Shown here: positions 54,558 through 64,000 of the stretch, in pieces | Layout: each line of letters opens with the position of its first letter | Position numbering within the stretch: position 1 is the stretch's first letter | DNA from: an uncultured Chloroflexia bacterium | Lineage (GTDB): Bacteria > Chloroflexota > Dehalococcoidia > UBA2979 | Assembly (NCBI GenBank): GCA_963728205.1 | Contig: CAVSIV010000006.1 | Coordinates: 800,001 to 864,000 of the forward strand | DNA length: 64,000 nucleotides | Direction of reading: 5' to 3' | Notes under the pieces: model-generated | The model's database searches: none | Seen by the model: the letters and a program-made list of their open reading frames with translations, nothing else | Told to the model about the DNA's origin: nothing | Made by a program: the position numbers and the translations under genes

Positions 54558-57002
54558 TCAGGCCGGTTCCGAGCTCACGACGCGCTCGGCGAACAGCGCG
54601 TCAATCGCGCGGGCGTCGTAACCGAGCTCTCCGAGCAGCGCGCGGGTGTGCTCGCCCGCGAGCACGCCCGGGCCGAGACGCAGCGCGCTCTCCGAGAAGT
54701 GGGTGAGCCCGCCATGGCGCAGGTAGGGGCCCCAGCGGGTGTGCTCGGCGGGTGACACGAACCCGTTCTCGCGGGCGTGGTCGCTCTCGAGGAAGAACTC
54801 CGCGGGCGTCGCGGCGTCCGCGCGGACGCACGCCACGCCGGCTGTCGCGAGCACGCGCTCCCACTCGTCCGCCGGGCAGCCCGCGAAAGCGCCGGTGAGC
54901 GCCTCGACCAGATCGGCGTCGTGCCGGCGACGCGCGTCCGCGTCGCGAAAGCGGGGATCCTCGGCGAGACCGCGATCTCCCAGGGCACGCGTCAGGGCGG
55001 TCCAGTCCGCGGGCTCGGGGCAGGCGAGGAAGAGCCAGGTGTCGTCGCGCGCGGGATACAGCCGGTAGAGGGCGTGCAGACCGCGCAAGCCCGCGTCGGG
55101 AGCGGGGCGCGGCGGCTTGCCCTCGTACCAGACGAAGTCGTCGCTGTTCGCGTAGGCGTTGGCGCTCATCATGTTGCACTGCACGTGCTGCCCGGTGCCC
55201 TGGGTCGCGCGGACGTACAGCGCGAGCAGCACGGCGCTGGCGATGACGAGCGACGTGTTCGGGTCCGGGTTGACCTCGTTCGCTCGCATCAGCTGCCGCG
55301 CGGTCTCGCGCAGCTCTTCGACGTCGTCGGAGACACGCAAGGCCGCCGCCCCACCCGCCTGCATGTAGGCGCCGCCCAGGGATGCGCCGGGCACGGGGTG
55401 GGCGTTCGGCCGGTGCGCGTACGGCCCGTCGGAGCCGTACCCGGTCGCCGAGACGTACACGATGTCGGGGCGCACGGCGCGCGCCTGCTCGTACCCGATG
55501 CCGAGGCGCTCGGGGACGCCCGGGCGGAAGTTGTGCACGAGCACGTCGGCGCGCGCCATGAGCGCACGGGCGATCGCGCGACCGCGCGGGTCCTTGAGGT
55601 CGAGGCAGAGGCTCTCCTTGCTGGCGGTGGTCTTCGTCGCACCGACGCCGCTGAGCATGCCGCGCATCGGGTCCCCGTCGATGCTCTCGACCTTGATCAC
55701 GCGTGCGCCGAGATCGCCGAGGATCGAGCAGGCGTAGGGCGTCGCGATGATCGTCGCGAACTCGAGAACCGTGATCCCGCGCAGGGGCGCCTCCCCGGGT
55801 GCGCGGAGCGGCGGCGTGTCCGGCGGGACGTGCTCCACGCGCGGTCGCCAGTTCGCGTCCTGGTGCTCGCCGGGATCGGGGATCGTGAGCGCGGGCCTGG
55901 CCGGGGTGCGCGACATGTGCGCGAGCGGGCCGATCTGCTGCATGCGGCCGAACCGGCGCGTCTGCACCTCGATCACGTCACCGTTGTGCACGAGTTGCGG
56001 GTGGGAGAGAGCCGACTGCGTGTCGCCGAACCGCTCCGCCGCCACGTTCCCGTCGGCGATGAAGTCGGCCATCCAGTCGTCCGCCGGTCGCTCGCGCACC
56101 CGGCGCAGGATGCGGTCCCGCAGCTCCTCGCGCGCGGCCTCGGAGTAGGCGTTCGGCGGGACCTGGTAGCGCGAGTCTGCGTAGATCTCGTCGAGGCCGG
56201 CGACGCGGATGAAGGAGTGGAAGAGGTGCTCGACGAGGTTGCCGAGCTGGATCCACGTGCCGTCGGCGGCAAGCACCGGGTGGTACTGCAGGGTCGGCAT
56301 CCGCCCGAACTGCTCGTTCGGATCCGTGGGGAATGCCTCGGGGCGGCTGCGACGGAGCTGGAGCGTGAGCAGGCCGCCGAGGTCGTACGGCATCATGCCC
56401 TGGAGCAGGCTCGTCTCGACGTGTTGCCCGCTGCCGGTCGACCGGCGGACGAGCAGCGCGGCGACGATGCCCTGCAGCGCCGCCTGGGCGGCGACGTGCT
56501 GCCCAACGGGCACGTACGCGTAGACGGGGCCCGGCCGGGAAAGCTGCCCGGCGAAGGTCATCATGCGCCCCGCCTTCGCCGCGACGATTCCCTCGTGTCC
56601 GCGGTACTCGGCGAGGGGGCCGTGCGCGCCGAAGCCGGTGATGGCGCACGAGATCAGCCGCGCGTTGAGCGCAGCCAGCGACTCGCGATCGACGCCGAGC
56701 CGGCGGGCCGACGACGGGCGGCCCGAGAAGACCAGGACATCCGCGTCGGCGGCGAGCGCATGGAGGCGCTCCCGGCCGTCCGCGGCACCGAGATCCAGCA
56801 CGAGGCTGCGCGTCCCGCGGAGCCACATCGGCGCCGCCGGCTGACGCCGCAGCGGTTCGCCGCCCGGCCGCTCGATCGTGAGGACGTCCGCGCCGAAGTC
56901 GGCGAGCACCATCCCGGCGACGGCCGCGGGTGGGCGCGGCGACACGTTGAGCACCCGGAGGCCGTCGAGCGCCGGAGCGACGGCCCCGTCGGCGGGGGTC
57001 AC
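54558..57002 (-). CDS. double-domain CaiB/BaiF CoA-transferase
   Basis: LADFGADV..IE.PGG, LGDLGARVIKVE, HNFRPGV; GTG overlaps the permease stop. Confidence 0.88.
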   Translation of the reverse strand: MTPADGAVAPALDGLRVLNVSPRPPAAVAGMVLADFGADVLTIERPGGEPLRRQPAAPMWLRGTRSLVLDLGAADGRERLHALAADADVLVFSGRPSSARRLGVDRESLAALNARLISCAITGFGAHGPLAEYRGHEGIVAAKAGRMMTFAGQLSRPGPVYAYVPVGQHVAAQAALQGIVAALLVRRSTGSGQHVETSLLQGMMPYDLGGLLTLQLRRSRPEAFPTDPNEQFGRMPTLQYHPVLAADGTWIQLGNLVEHLFHSFIRVAGLDEIYADSRYQVPPNAYSEAAREELRDRILRRVRERPADDWMADFIADGNVAAERFGDTQSALSHPQLVHNGDVIEVQTRRFGRMQQIGPLAHMSRTPARPALTIPDPGEHQDANWRPRVEHVPPDTPPLRAPGEAPLRGITVLEFATIIATPYACSILGDLGARVIKVESIDGDPMRGMLSGVGATKTTASKESLCLDLKDPRGRAIARALMARADVLVHNFRPGVPERLGIGYEQARAVRPDIVYVSATGYGSDGPYAHRPNAHPVPGASLGGAYMQAGGAAALRVSDDVEELRETARQLMRANEVNPDPNTSLVIASAVLLALYVRATQGTGQHVQCNMMSANAYANSDDFVWYEGKPPRPAPDAGLRGLHALYRLYPARDDTWLFLACPEPADWTALTRALGDRGLAEDPRFRDADARRRHDADLVEALTGAFAGCPADEWERVLATAGVACVRADAATPAEFFLESDHARENGFVSPAEHTRWGPYLRHGGLTHFSESALRLGPGVLAGEHTRALLGELGYDARAIDALFAERVVSSEPA

Positions 57003-57913
57003 GAGCTCCCCCGCAGGCGCGGGTCGAGGACGTCGCGCAGCGCGTCGCCGAACATGTTGACGCCGAAGACCACAAGCGCCAGGGCGATGGTCGGAGCAAC
57101 CAGCATCCACGGTGCGGCGAACATGTAGGCCCGGCCGTCCGCCGCGACCATCCCGCCCCACGAGGGGGTGGGCGGCGGCACGCCGTAGCCGAGGAAGCTG
57201 AGCGACGCCTCCGCGAGGATCACGCCGCTGAAGCCGATCGAGGCCATGATGATCGCGGTCGGCATGATGTTCGGGAGCAGATGGCGGAAGAGGATCCGCA
57301 CGTGCCCGGCGCCGATCGCGCTGGCCGACTCGACGTAGGTGCTGTTGAGGATGGACATGGTCGCGCCGCGCATCACGCGGCTCTCGACGATCATGCGGCG
57401 GACCGACAGCGCGATGATGACGTTCAGGAGGCTGGGCCCCAGGACGACCATGATTGCGATCAGCATGATCAGGTACGGGATCGCCTGGACGGTGTCGACC
57501 AGGCGCTGGACGAAGTAGTCCACCCATCCACCGAAGTACGCGCTCGCCATGCCGATGGCGATCTCGGGAATCATCGCGAAGACGGTCACCGCGACGCCGA
57601 CCTCGAGCGAGGTGCGCGCGCCGAAGATCACGCGGCTGAGGATGTCGCGGCCGAACTGATCGGTCCCCGCCAGGTGGCTGGCCGAGGGACCGACCAGTGC
57701 GGCGGTGGAATCGGTCGCGAGGGCTCCATACGGAGCGATCACGTTCGCCAGCGCAGCCGTCAACACGAGTGCGACGAACACGATGGCGCCGAAGGCGCCG
57801 AGCGGCTTGTGCCGCGTGAACCGCCAGGCGCGCCGCCAGGCGGACGAAAGCGGCGTGCGCGCGCCGGGCAGCGCCGGCCCGCGCATCGCTTCCGTGGAGA
57901 CTGAGGCGGTCAT
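56999..57913 (-). CDS. peptide/nickel ABC transporter permease (DppC-like)
   Basis: GTDQFGRDILSR..GAR.SL, YVESA..IGA, EASLSFLG, PSWG, GDALRD.LDPR. Confidence 0.92.
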   Translation of the reverse strand: MTASVSTEAMRGPALPGARTPLSSAWRRAWRFTRHKPLGAFGAIVFVALVLTAALANVIAPYGALATDSTAALVGPSASHLAGTDQFGRDILSRVIFGARTSLEVGVAVTVFAMIPEIAIGMASAYFGGWVDYFVQRLVDTVQAIPYLIMLIAIMVVLGPSLLNVIIALSVRRMIVESRVMRGATMSILNSTYVESASAIGAGHVRILFRHLLPNIMPTAIIMASIGFSGVILAEASLSFLGYGVPPPTPSWGGMVAADGRAYMFAAPWMLVAPTIALALVVFGVNMFGDALRDVLDPRLRGSS

Positions 57914-57947
57914 CGCACGCGTCCGTTCCCCGGCCGGTCGGCTGGAC

Positions 57948-58901
57948 CTATGAGTAGCGAATTCGCGGATCAAGCCAACCGTAGGAGAGGTCGATCAGGA
58001 GATTGATCACCATCACGAAGAAGCCCACGATCACCACGACCCCCTGCACGATCGGGTAGTCCCGGTTGCCCAGCGCGCTCAGGAGCAGGCGTCCCACGCC
58101 CGGAATGGCGAAGACGGCCTCGATGATCACCGAGCCGCCGATCAAGAACGCCACCTGCAGGCCCATCAGCGTGACGACCGGGATCAGCGCGTTCTTCATC
58201 GCGTGACGCAGGATCACCTGCTCGCCGCGCATGCCCTTCGCCCGCGCGGTCCGGATGTAGTCCTCGCGCAACACGTCGAGCATCGTCGTCCTCATCAACC
58301 GCATGATGGTCGCGGACAACGCAAGGCCGAGCACGATCGCCGGCAGGAGAATGATCTTGATGTTCGCAAAGGGGTCCTCGGTGATCCCCACGTAGTGCAG
58401 ACTCGGTGCCCACCCCCACCAGATCGCGGGAAACACGACGACGAAGGTCGCGACGGCAAACGTCGGCACGCTGATCCCCAGGATCGCGATGCTGCGGGAT
58501 ATGTAGTCGAGCGGTGTGTCCTGGTAGACGGCCGAGATCGTGCCGACCAGCACGCCAAACAGTGCGCCGACGATGATCGCGACGATTCCGATCTCGATCG
58601 TGGCGCCGGCGCGCTGGAGGATCATGGAACCGACCGCCTGGTGGGTCCAGAGCGAGTGGCCGAAATCGCCGTGGAGCACGCCGCCGACGTAGTGCAGATA
58701 GCGGACGATCAGCGGTTGATCGAGCCCGAGCTGATGCTCGAGCAGGCGACGGCTCTGGTCGTCACGTCCGCCGAAGTTCGCCTCCAGCATCAGATCGACG
58801 ATGTCGCCCGGGATGAGCCGGACGAGCAGGACGACGGAGAACAGCAGCAGGAGGACCGTCGGAACGAGCCCAACGATGCGCCGCGCCGCGTACTTGGCCA
58901 T
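57948..58901 (-). CDS. peptide/nickel ABC transporter permease (DppB-like)
   Basis: GDFGHS, EDYIRTARAKG, HAMKNA, IEAVF.IPGVG, RDYP. Confidence 0.92.
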   Translation of the reverse strand: MAKYAARRIVGLVPTVLLLLFSVVLLVRLIPGDIVDLMLEANFGGRDDQSRRLLEHQLGLDQPLIVRYLHYVGGVLHGDFGHSLWTHQAVGSMILQRAGATIEIGIVAIIVGALFGVLVGTISAVYQDTPLDYISRSIAILGISVPTFAVATFVVVFPAIWWGWAPSLHYVGITEDPFANIKIILLPAIVLGLALSATIMRLMRTTMLDVLREDYIRTARAKGMRGEQVILRHAMKNALIPVVTLMGLQVAFLIGGSVIIEAVFAIPGVGRLLLSALGNRDYPIVQGVVVIVGFFVMVINLLIDLSYGWLDPRIRYS

Positions 58902-58963
58902 CGGACTTCCCCTCGGCACGCCACCCGGACGCCGGGAGGCTAGCGATCCTCACCCCGCACGTA

Positions 58964-58979
58964 AATTACCTATGTAATT
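58964..58979. promoter_or_regulatory. AT-rich palindrome AATTAC-CTAT-GTAATT in the divergent promoter
   Basis: palindrome stands out in GC-rich DNA between the permeases and the binding protein; putative operator. Confidence 0.5.
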
Positions 58980-59075
58980 GAAGTCTGGTTGCCGGCCCTC
59001 CATCGTTGCGGCTCGGGCGCCGTCCGCACGATCGCTGGATGCCGCCCGTCGACGCCTCACGGATGGAGGGATGTC

Positions 59076-60893
59076 ATGCCAGAGGGGAGCTACTGGAAGC
59101 GGGCGAGGTTCAGCCGGCGCTCCGCGTTGCGTTATGCGACGGTCGGTGCCGGCGGGCTGCTGGGTGCCGCGCTCGTGGGGTGTGGCGGCGGCTCGAGCGC
59201 CTCGCCGACGGCCGGCACCGGCGGAGCCGGCGCGACGCAGGCAAGCGGCGGCACGAGCACCGGCGGCGGTGGAGGTGTGCCCAAGGACGTGAAGCGGGCC
59301 CCGGGCGCCGATCCAAAATTCGGCGACACGCCCGTCAACGCCAAGGACGTCAAGCAGGGCGGAACGTACACCTTCTACAAGACCGACACGACGCGCCAGC
59401 AGGACCCGGATATCTCGATCGCCGGGTCCGATCACGAGTTTCTCAACGACCGGCTGTTCTACGCGAACGGCTTCACCATGGAGCTGACGCCGGATCTCCT
59501 GGCGTCGTACGAGCCGAAGAGCCCGCTCGAGACGATCCTGCACCTCCGGCCGGGCGTGAAGACGATCGCGCGCGCGCCGGTGAACGGCCGCGTCTTCACC
59601 GCCGAGGACGTCGCGTACAGCATCAACCGCAAGGCCGGCATTCTCGATCCCAAGGCGGCGGAGAAGTACGCGCGGCGGAGCCAGTTCGAGGGGCTCACCA
59701 AGGCCGAGGCCGTGGACGACGTCACCGTCCGCCTGGTGATGGAGAAGCCGAACGGAGCGCTGCTGGCCGCCTTCGCCGATCCGCGCGCGCAGATGATCCC
59801 GAAGGAGCAGGACTCCATCGGCTACTCGGACCCGGTGAAGTTCGTCGGCACCGGCGCATGGATTGAGACGGACTTCGTCCAGGGCAACAAGCAGGTGTTC
59901 AAGGCGAATCCGGACTACTACCGGAAGTGGGACGAAGGGGGGAAGCCGGGCATCGACTCGGTCGAGATCATCGTGATCGGCGACCGGTCCTCGGCCCTCG
60001 CCGCGTTCATCAGCGGGCAGCTGAGCACCCTCGCCGGCGTGCAGCCGCACGAGGAGCCGCAGATCAAGGCGTCGCGTAAAGACGCACAGTGGTTCACGCA
60101 GCCGAGTTCCACGTGGGATCACTGGGCGGTGAACCTGAAGAACCCGCTCTTCCAGGACGACCGCGTCCGCCAGGCGATGCAGTTGTCCATCGACTACAAG
60201 GCGCTCGGCGACGGCGCGGGCCCCGGGTGGCTCTACAGCGGCCCGCTGCACAGCATGTTCCCCGAAGCCCTCACCTCCGACGAGGTGAAGGCGCTTCCCG
60301 GGTACAACCCGGACACGAAGGAGAAGGACCAGGCCGACGCGGCGAAGCTGATGGCCGCCGCCGGCTTCCCCGATGGCGCGGGCATGAAGTTCAACACGAT
60401 CATGACGCAGTCCGCGGGACGAACGTTCGACAACGGGGTCCGGATCAAAGACACGTGGTCCAAGGTGTTCCCGAAGCTCGAGATGCAGCTGACGCCCGTG
60501 ACCGACTACGGGTCGTTCACGAACCTGCTCAACACCAAGCAGTTCGAGACGCGGAGCTACAACCACACCATGGTGCCCAATGCGACGCTCGATGGGCGCA
60601 CGTACTACTACTCAACGGGAGGCCGCAACTACCAGTCGTTCAACAAGCCATGGGCGGATGAAGCGCTCGACAAGATGATGCAGGCGCAGACGATGGAAGA
60701 GCGCAAGCAGGTGATTCGACCGTTCCAGTTGCAGTACATCAAGGAGGGGCCGCCGCTGCTCCAGTTGTACGTTCCGCATGACGTCAACGTGTTCCAGGCG
60801 AACTTCGCCGGCATGGACCTCGTTGCGGGCACCTGGGCGTACGGCCTGCAGACGTACGGAGTCGGCGAGCGCTGGTACTGGCAGACCGCCTGA
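59076..60893 (+). CDS. ABC transporter substrate-binding protein family 5 (Tat lipoprotein)
   Basis: SRRSAL Tat motif, LVGC lipobox, LRPGVK..PVNGR.FTAEDV.YS, VGTG, D.RVRQA. Confidence 0.9.
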   Translation: MPEGSYWKRARFSRRSALRYATVGAGGLLGAALVGCGGGSSASPTAGTGGAGATQASGGTSTGGGGGVPKDVKRAPGADPKFGDTPVNAKDVKQGGTYTFYKTDTTRQQDPDISIAGSDHEFLNDRLFYANGFTMELTPDLLASYEPKSPLETILHLRPGVKTIARAPVNGRVFTAEDVAYSINRKAGILDPKAAEKYARRSQFEGLTKAEAVDDVTVRLVMEKPNGALLAAFADPRAQMIPKEQDSIGYSDPVKFVGTGAWIETDFVQGNKQVFKANPDYYRKWDEGGKPGIDSVEIIVIGDRSSALAAFISGQLSTLAGVQPHEEPQIKASRKDAQWFTQPSSTWDHWAVNLKNPLFQDDRVRQAMQLSIDYKALGDGAGPGWLYSGPLHSMFPEALTSDEVKALPGYNPDTKEKDQADAAKLMAAAGFPDGAGMKFNTIMTQSAGRTFDNGVRIKDTWSKVFPKLEMQLTPVTDYGSFTNLLNTKQFETRSYNHTMVPNATLDGRTYYYSTGGRNYQSFNKPWADEALDKMMQAQTMEERKQVIRPFQLQYIKEGPPLLQLYVPHDVNVFQANFAGMDLVAGTWAYGLQTYGVGERWYWQTA

Positions 60894-61161
60894 GCGGCGC
60901 GATTCCAGTTCGACACGAGCGAGCCGCGGAGCACCTTCCGCGGCTCGCTCGTTGTTCGGCACCGCAGCCGCGGCCGCACTGTCGCCTCGTGCGTGTCTCG
61001 CCGCTGCTGCACAGGTGGACTCACCCGATCGTCCGGATCGTCCGGGCGATCGCGTCCGGACCACACCCTCGCGTTGATGCCACGAACACACTTGTAGTTA
61101 CAGCCGCCGCCGGCGTCGCTACCCTCCGCCTGGGCCGGGTGAGCGGGAGGGGGAGGGGCCC

Positions 61162-61416
61162 GTGTCGTCGCTACACCCGTTGCAATCGCGCTCGAGCTTC
61201 GGGGCGTGGATTCGCCGCTCGAGGCAGGAGTTGGGCTGGACGCAGGAGGAGCTCGCGTGGTGGTCGCACGTCGCGCAGGCATCGATCTCCAACTACGAGA
61301 CCGGGCGGCACGACATCCCGCTGTCGATCTGGATCGACATGTGCCGGGCGCTCGGTAAGCGGCCCGACCTGGTGCTCGGAAGCCTCCTCGAGGCGGACGA
61401 TTCGGCCGCGGGCTGA
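61162..61416 (+). CDS. XRE-family HTH regulator
   Basis: IRRSRQELGWTQEELA....VAQASISNYETG. Confidence 0.72.
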   Translation: MSSLHPLQSRSSFGAWIRRSRQELGWTQEELAWWSHVAQASISNYETGRHDIPLSIWIDMCRALGKRPDLVLGSLLEADDSAAG

Positions 61417-61531
61417 GCCCGACCGCGGGCTGACCACGGGCCTTCGCCCGGCCGCGCGGCGCACCTGTCGCCGTCGACACGGATGGGCCGCGCGCCGGAC
61501 GGCGCGCGGCCGTTCGCTTACATTTCCTCCC

Positions 61532-62815
61532 ATGGACAACGTCAGCCGCTATCCCCTCGACGCGCTGGCCGCGCAGGTCGGCACGCCCTTCTACCTCTAC
61601 GACCTTGGCATCCTCCACGCGCGCATGGGCGACGTCGCGGCGACGACCGCGGGCGCCCGCCTGCAGGCCCGCTATGCGATGAAGGCGAACTCCGCGCGCG
61701 TCGTGCTCGACGCCGCGCGCGAGGCGGGGCTGTGGATCGACGCGGTCAGCGGCAACGAGGTGGAGCGCGCGCTCCGCGCCGGCTTCGCCGCCGGCCACGA
61801 GCCGCCGACGATCATGTACACGGCCGACGTCTTCCGCGACAACGCGCTCGCGACCATCGTGGAGGACGGCATCCTGCCGAACGTCGGCTCGCCCGGGATG
61901 GTGCGCCAGCTGCACGACGCCGGGTACGCCGGCCCGATCGCGCTGCGCGTGAACCCCGGCTTCGGGCACGGGCACGTCGCCGCGTGCGACACCGGCGGCC
62001 CGTCGTCCAAGCACGGCATCTGGCTCGACGCAGTGGGCGACGTCGCGGACGACGCCCGGCGCGCCGGCTTCCCCGTCGTCGCGCTGCACGCGCACGTCGG
62101 CACCGGTCCCGAGATCGCGGAGTTCGACCACAACATGCGGCGGCTCGTCGACGTCTTCGCCGAGCTGCTGCCGCGCTTCCCGGACGCGGCGTCGGTGAAC
62201 CTCGGCGGCGGCATCCCGCACGCGTACCGTCGCGAGGGCGCGACCTTCGACATGGCCGGCTATCGCGGCCTGCTGCTCGAGGCGGCGTCGACGCTGGCGG
62301 AATCGTCGGGGCGGCCGGTGCGCATGGAGATCGAGCCGGGACGCTACCCCGTCGCCGGCATGGGCCTCCTCGTCGCGCGCGTGACCGACGTGAAGGACAC
62401 GCAGGCGAACGAGCGCGGGCCGGGACATCGGTTCGTGATGGTCGACGCCGGCTTCAACGACCTGATCCGCCCGGCGATGTACGGCTCGTACCACGAGATC
62501 TCGATCGTCGGGCGGGGCGCGGGGCGCGCGCCGGAGCCGCTCGTCGTCGCCGGGCCGCTGTGCGAGAGCGGCGACGTCTTCACGCGCGACGACCACGAGC
62601 TGCTCGCGCCGCGCCGGCTGCCGCGGCCGGAGCCGGGCGACCTGCTGGTGCTGCACGACGCCGGCGCGTACGGCGCGGCGATGGCGTCGAACTACGTCTC
62701 GATGGGGCGCGCGCCGCAGGTGGCGTGGGACGACGGGCGCGCGACGCTGGTTACGCGTCGCGAAACGCTCGACGACATCCTGCGGCTGGAGACGTCGGAG
62801 CCCGTGCGCGTGTAG
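61532..62815 (+). CDS. lysA: diaminopimelate decarboxylase
   Basis: GTPFYLYD, YAMKAN (PLP Lys), SKHGI, HAHVG, NLGGG, EPGRY, GPLCESGD, GAYG..MASNY. Confidence 0.92.
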   Translation: MDNVSRYPLDALAAQVGTPFYLYDLGILHARMGDVAATTAGARLQARYAMKANSARVVLDAAREAGLWIDAVSGNEVERALRAGFAAGHEPPTIMYTADVFRDNALATIVEDGILPNVGSPGMVRQLHDAGYAGPIALRVNPGFGHGHVAACDTGGPSSKHGIWLDAVGDVADDARRAGFPVVALHAHVGTGPEIAEFDHNMRRLVDVFAELLPRFPDAASVNLGGGIPHAYRREGATFDMAGYRGLLLEAASTLAESSGRPVRMEIEPGRYPVAGMGLLVARVTDVKDTQANERGPGHRFVMVDAGFNDLIRPAMYGSYHEISIVGRGAGRAPEPLVVAGPLCESGDVFTRDDHELLAPRRLPRPEPGDLLVLHDAGAYGAAMASNYVSMGRAPQVAWDDGRATLVTRRETLDDILRLETSEPVRV

Positions 62816-63100
62816 CGAGGTTCGCCCGCCTCGGCCTCCGCGAGCGCAGGATTGGGCGCGCCGCCCGCAGGGGTGCCATGGCGCAGCGGCCCTGCGGGCG
62901 CACGGCAGCGGTTCGCCCACGACGCGTCACCAGAGTCATCGCAGTTTCGTAACAGTTGCCCTGGTAGCTGAGACAACAGTCTCACGCACAGGTCACCGGT
63001 CAGGTCTGACCCTGCTCCGTTGCCGATTCTGCGTGCTTGCCCGGCGCCCACGTGTCCCATTACCGTCGAGCTTCGGCGGGGTCAGAGGGACGGCGATCCG

Positions 63101-64000
63101 GTGCACACCCGCCACTGGCACCTGAACGGTGCCTCGACTCGCGTTCTCATCGGTCTGTTCCTGCTGCTCGTCGCCCTCGTCGGGGGACGGCCAGCGACGG
63201 CATCGGCGCAGACCCCCGCCTGGGTCGACACGGGCGGGGACTGCCTGCGCATGCGTGCCGAGCCCGGACTGCAGGGAGCGGACCTGACCTGCCTTCCCCA
63301 CGGCACCGCGATCACGCTCCTCGCCGGCTCCGAGCAGCGAGATGGATTCACATGGCGCCAGGTCGAGTACCAGGCGCGGGTGGGGTGGGTCGCAGCGCCG
63401 TACATCACGACCCAGCCGCAGGATGTCCAGCCGCTCACCGAGCGCCCGCACGGGGCGCCTCCCGGGCTCCTCGAGCCCCCTGTCGGCGGGATGACCATGG
63501 GACTCGTGTCGGGTGCCGATCCGGCGGCGATCATCGCCGCTCTCCCTTACCCGGTCGTGAGCATGTGGCACCTCGATATCGCCTCGCAGCAGCTGCTGCG
63601 CTTCGTCCCGGGCGCACCTCCGTTCGTCAACACGCTCATGACGCTTGACCCCGGCGACGTCGTCTCGGTGACGCGGGCGGGAGCGATTGCCGCCGTGGGC
63701 CCCCCGCCCGAGGCCTCGCTGACCGTCGCAGGAACGCCAGACGTCCTGATGGTCCCCCCGGTCGGCGGCGTGACACAGGGGCTCTCCGGGACGACCGATC
63801 CGAAGTTCCTCGCTCAGGCACAGCCCTTCACGGTGGAGAGCGTCTCGTACTTCGACGTGGGATCGCAGCAGTGGCTGGTATACGTGCCCGGCGCTCCGGA
63901 TGCGGCAAACACATTGCGGCAAGGTCAGCTTCGAGTCGACAGCGTTGTTTCGGTCATGCGCGGCCCGGACGCGGCACCCGTCCCGGGGTCCGCAACCGCC
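63101..64000 (+). CDS. secreted SH3b-domain protein with two copies of a 'VPGAP' domain (truncated by window end)
   Basis: absent from the ORF track (no stop in window); read by hand: signal peptide ending ASA, CLRMRAEPG...DGFTWRQV....GWVA, RFVPGAPPFVNTL and VYVPGAPDAANTL. Confidence 0.75.
   Translation, partial: MHTRHWHLNGASTRVLIGLFLLLVALVGGRPATASAQTPAWVDTGGDCLRMRAEPGLQGADLTCLPHGTAITLLAGSEQRDGFTWRQVEYQARVGWVAAPYITTQPQDVQPLTERPHGAPPGLLEPPVGGMTMGLVSGADPAAIIAALPYPVVSMWHLDIASQQLLRFVPGAPPFVNTLMTLDPGDVVSVTRAGAIAAVGPPPEASLTVAGTPDVLMVPPVGGVTQGLSGTTDPKFLAQAQPFTVESVSYFDVGSQQWLVYVPGAPDAANTLRQGQLRVDSVVSVMRGPDAAPVPGSATA

Noticed and set aside
60989-61531. N-terminal extension of LysA
   Set aside because: Overlaps the XRE gene in another frame; the real start is ATG 61532
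62940-63100. Riboswitch upstream of the SH3 protein
   Set aside because: Small hairpins only; no c-di-AMP or c-di-GMP consensus recognisable

Overview
High-GC bacterial chromosome segment; the gene content (class F sortase, Tat-lipoprotein family-5 ABC binding protein, two double-domain CaiB/BaiF CoA-transferases, ECF sigmas) suggests a Chloroflexota, probably Dehalococcoidia-like, genome (inference). 1-18.4 kb is a housekeeping backbone (gyrA, thiL, tsaE, tsaB, ndk, rsfS, mnmA, two tRNA-Ser) interrupted by two inserts (a hybrid histidine kinase; GH15+GH13) that end in the same small-peptide module. 18.4-26.3 kb holds a CheB/CheR-kinase and a SWIM-SNF2 helicase. 26-46 kb is an accessory region where secreted proteins sharing a ~75-aa C-terminal domain I cannot name, a class F sortase and a likely substrate alternate with six toxin-antitoxin pairs. 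A palindromic REP (CGGCGGCA-GACA-TGCCGCCG) punctuates this region; a REP-flanked Y1/HUH transposase (RAYT-like, 45133-45687) is its likely cognate enzyme. The REP is also tandemly amplified in 27-, 87- and 157-bp units, the last of which copies a gene 3' end. 46-64 kb encodes acyl-CoA metabolism, an ECF-ZAS fusion, an ABC transporter, lysA and a truncated SH3 surface protein. Several single-base frameshifts (gyrA, rsfS, SNF2, CaiB) look like assembly indels. All family assignments come from motif recognition by eye; no database searches were run.
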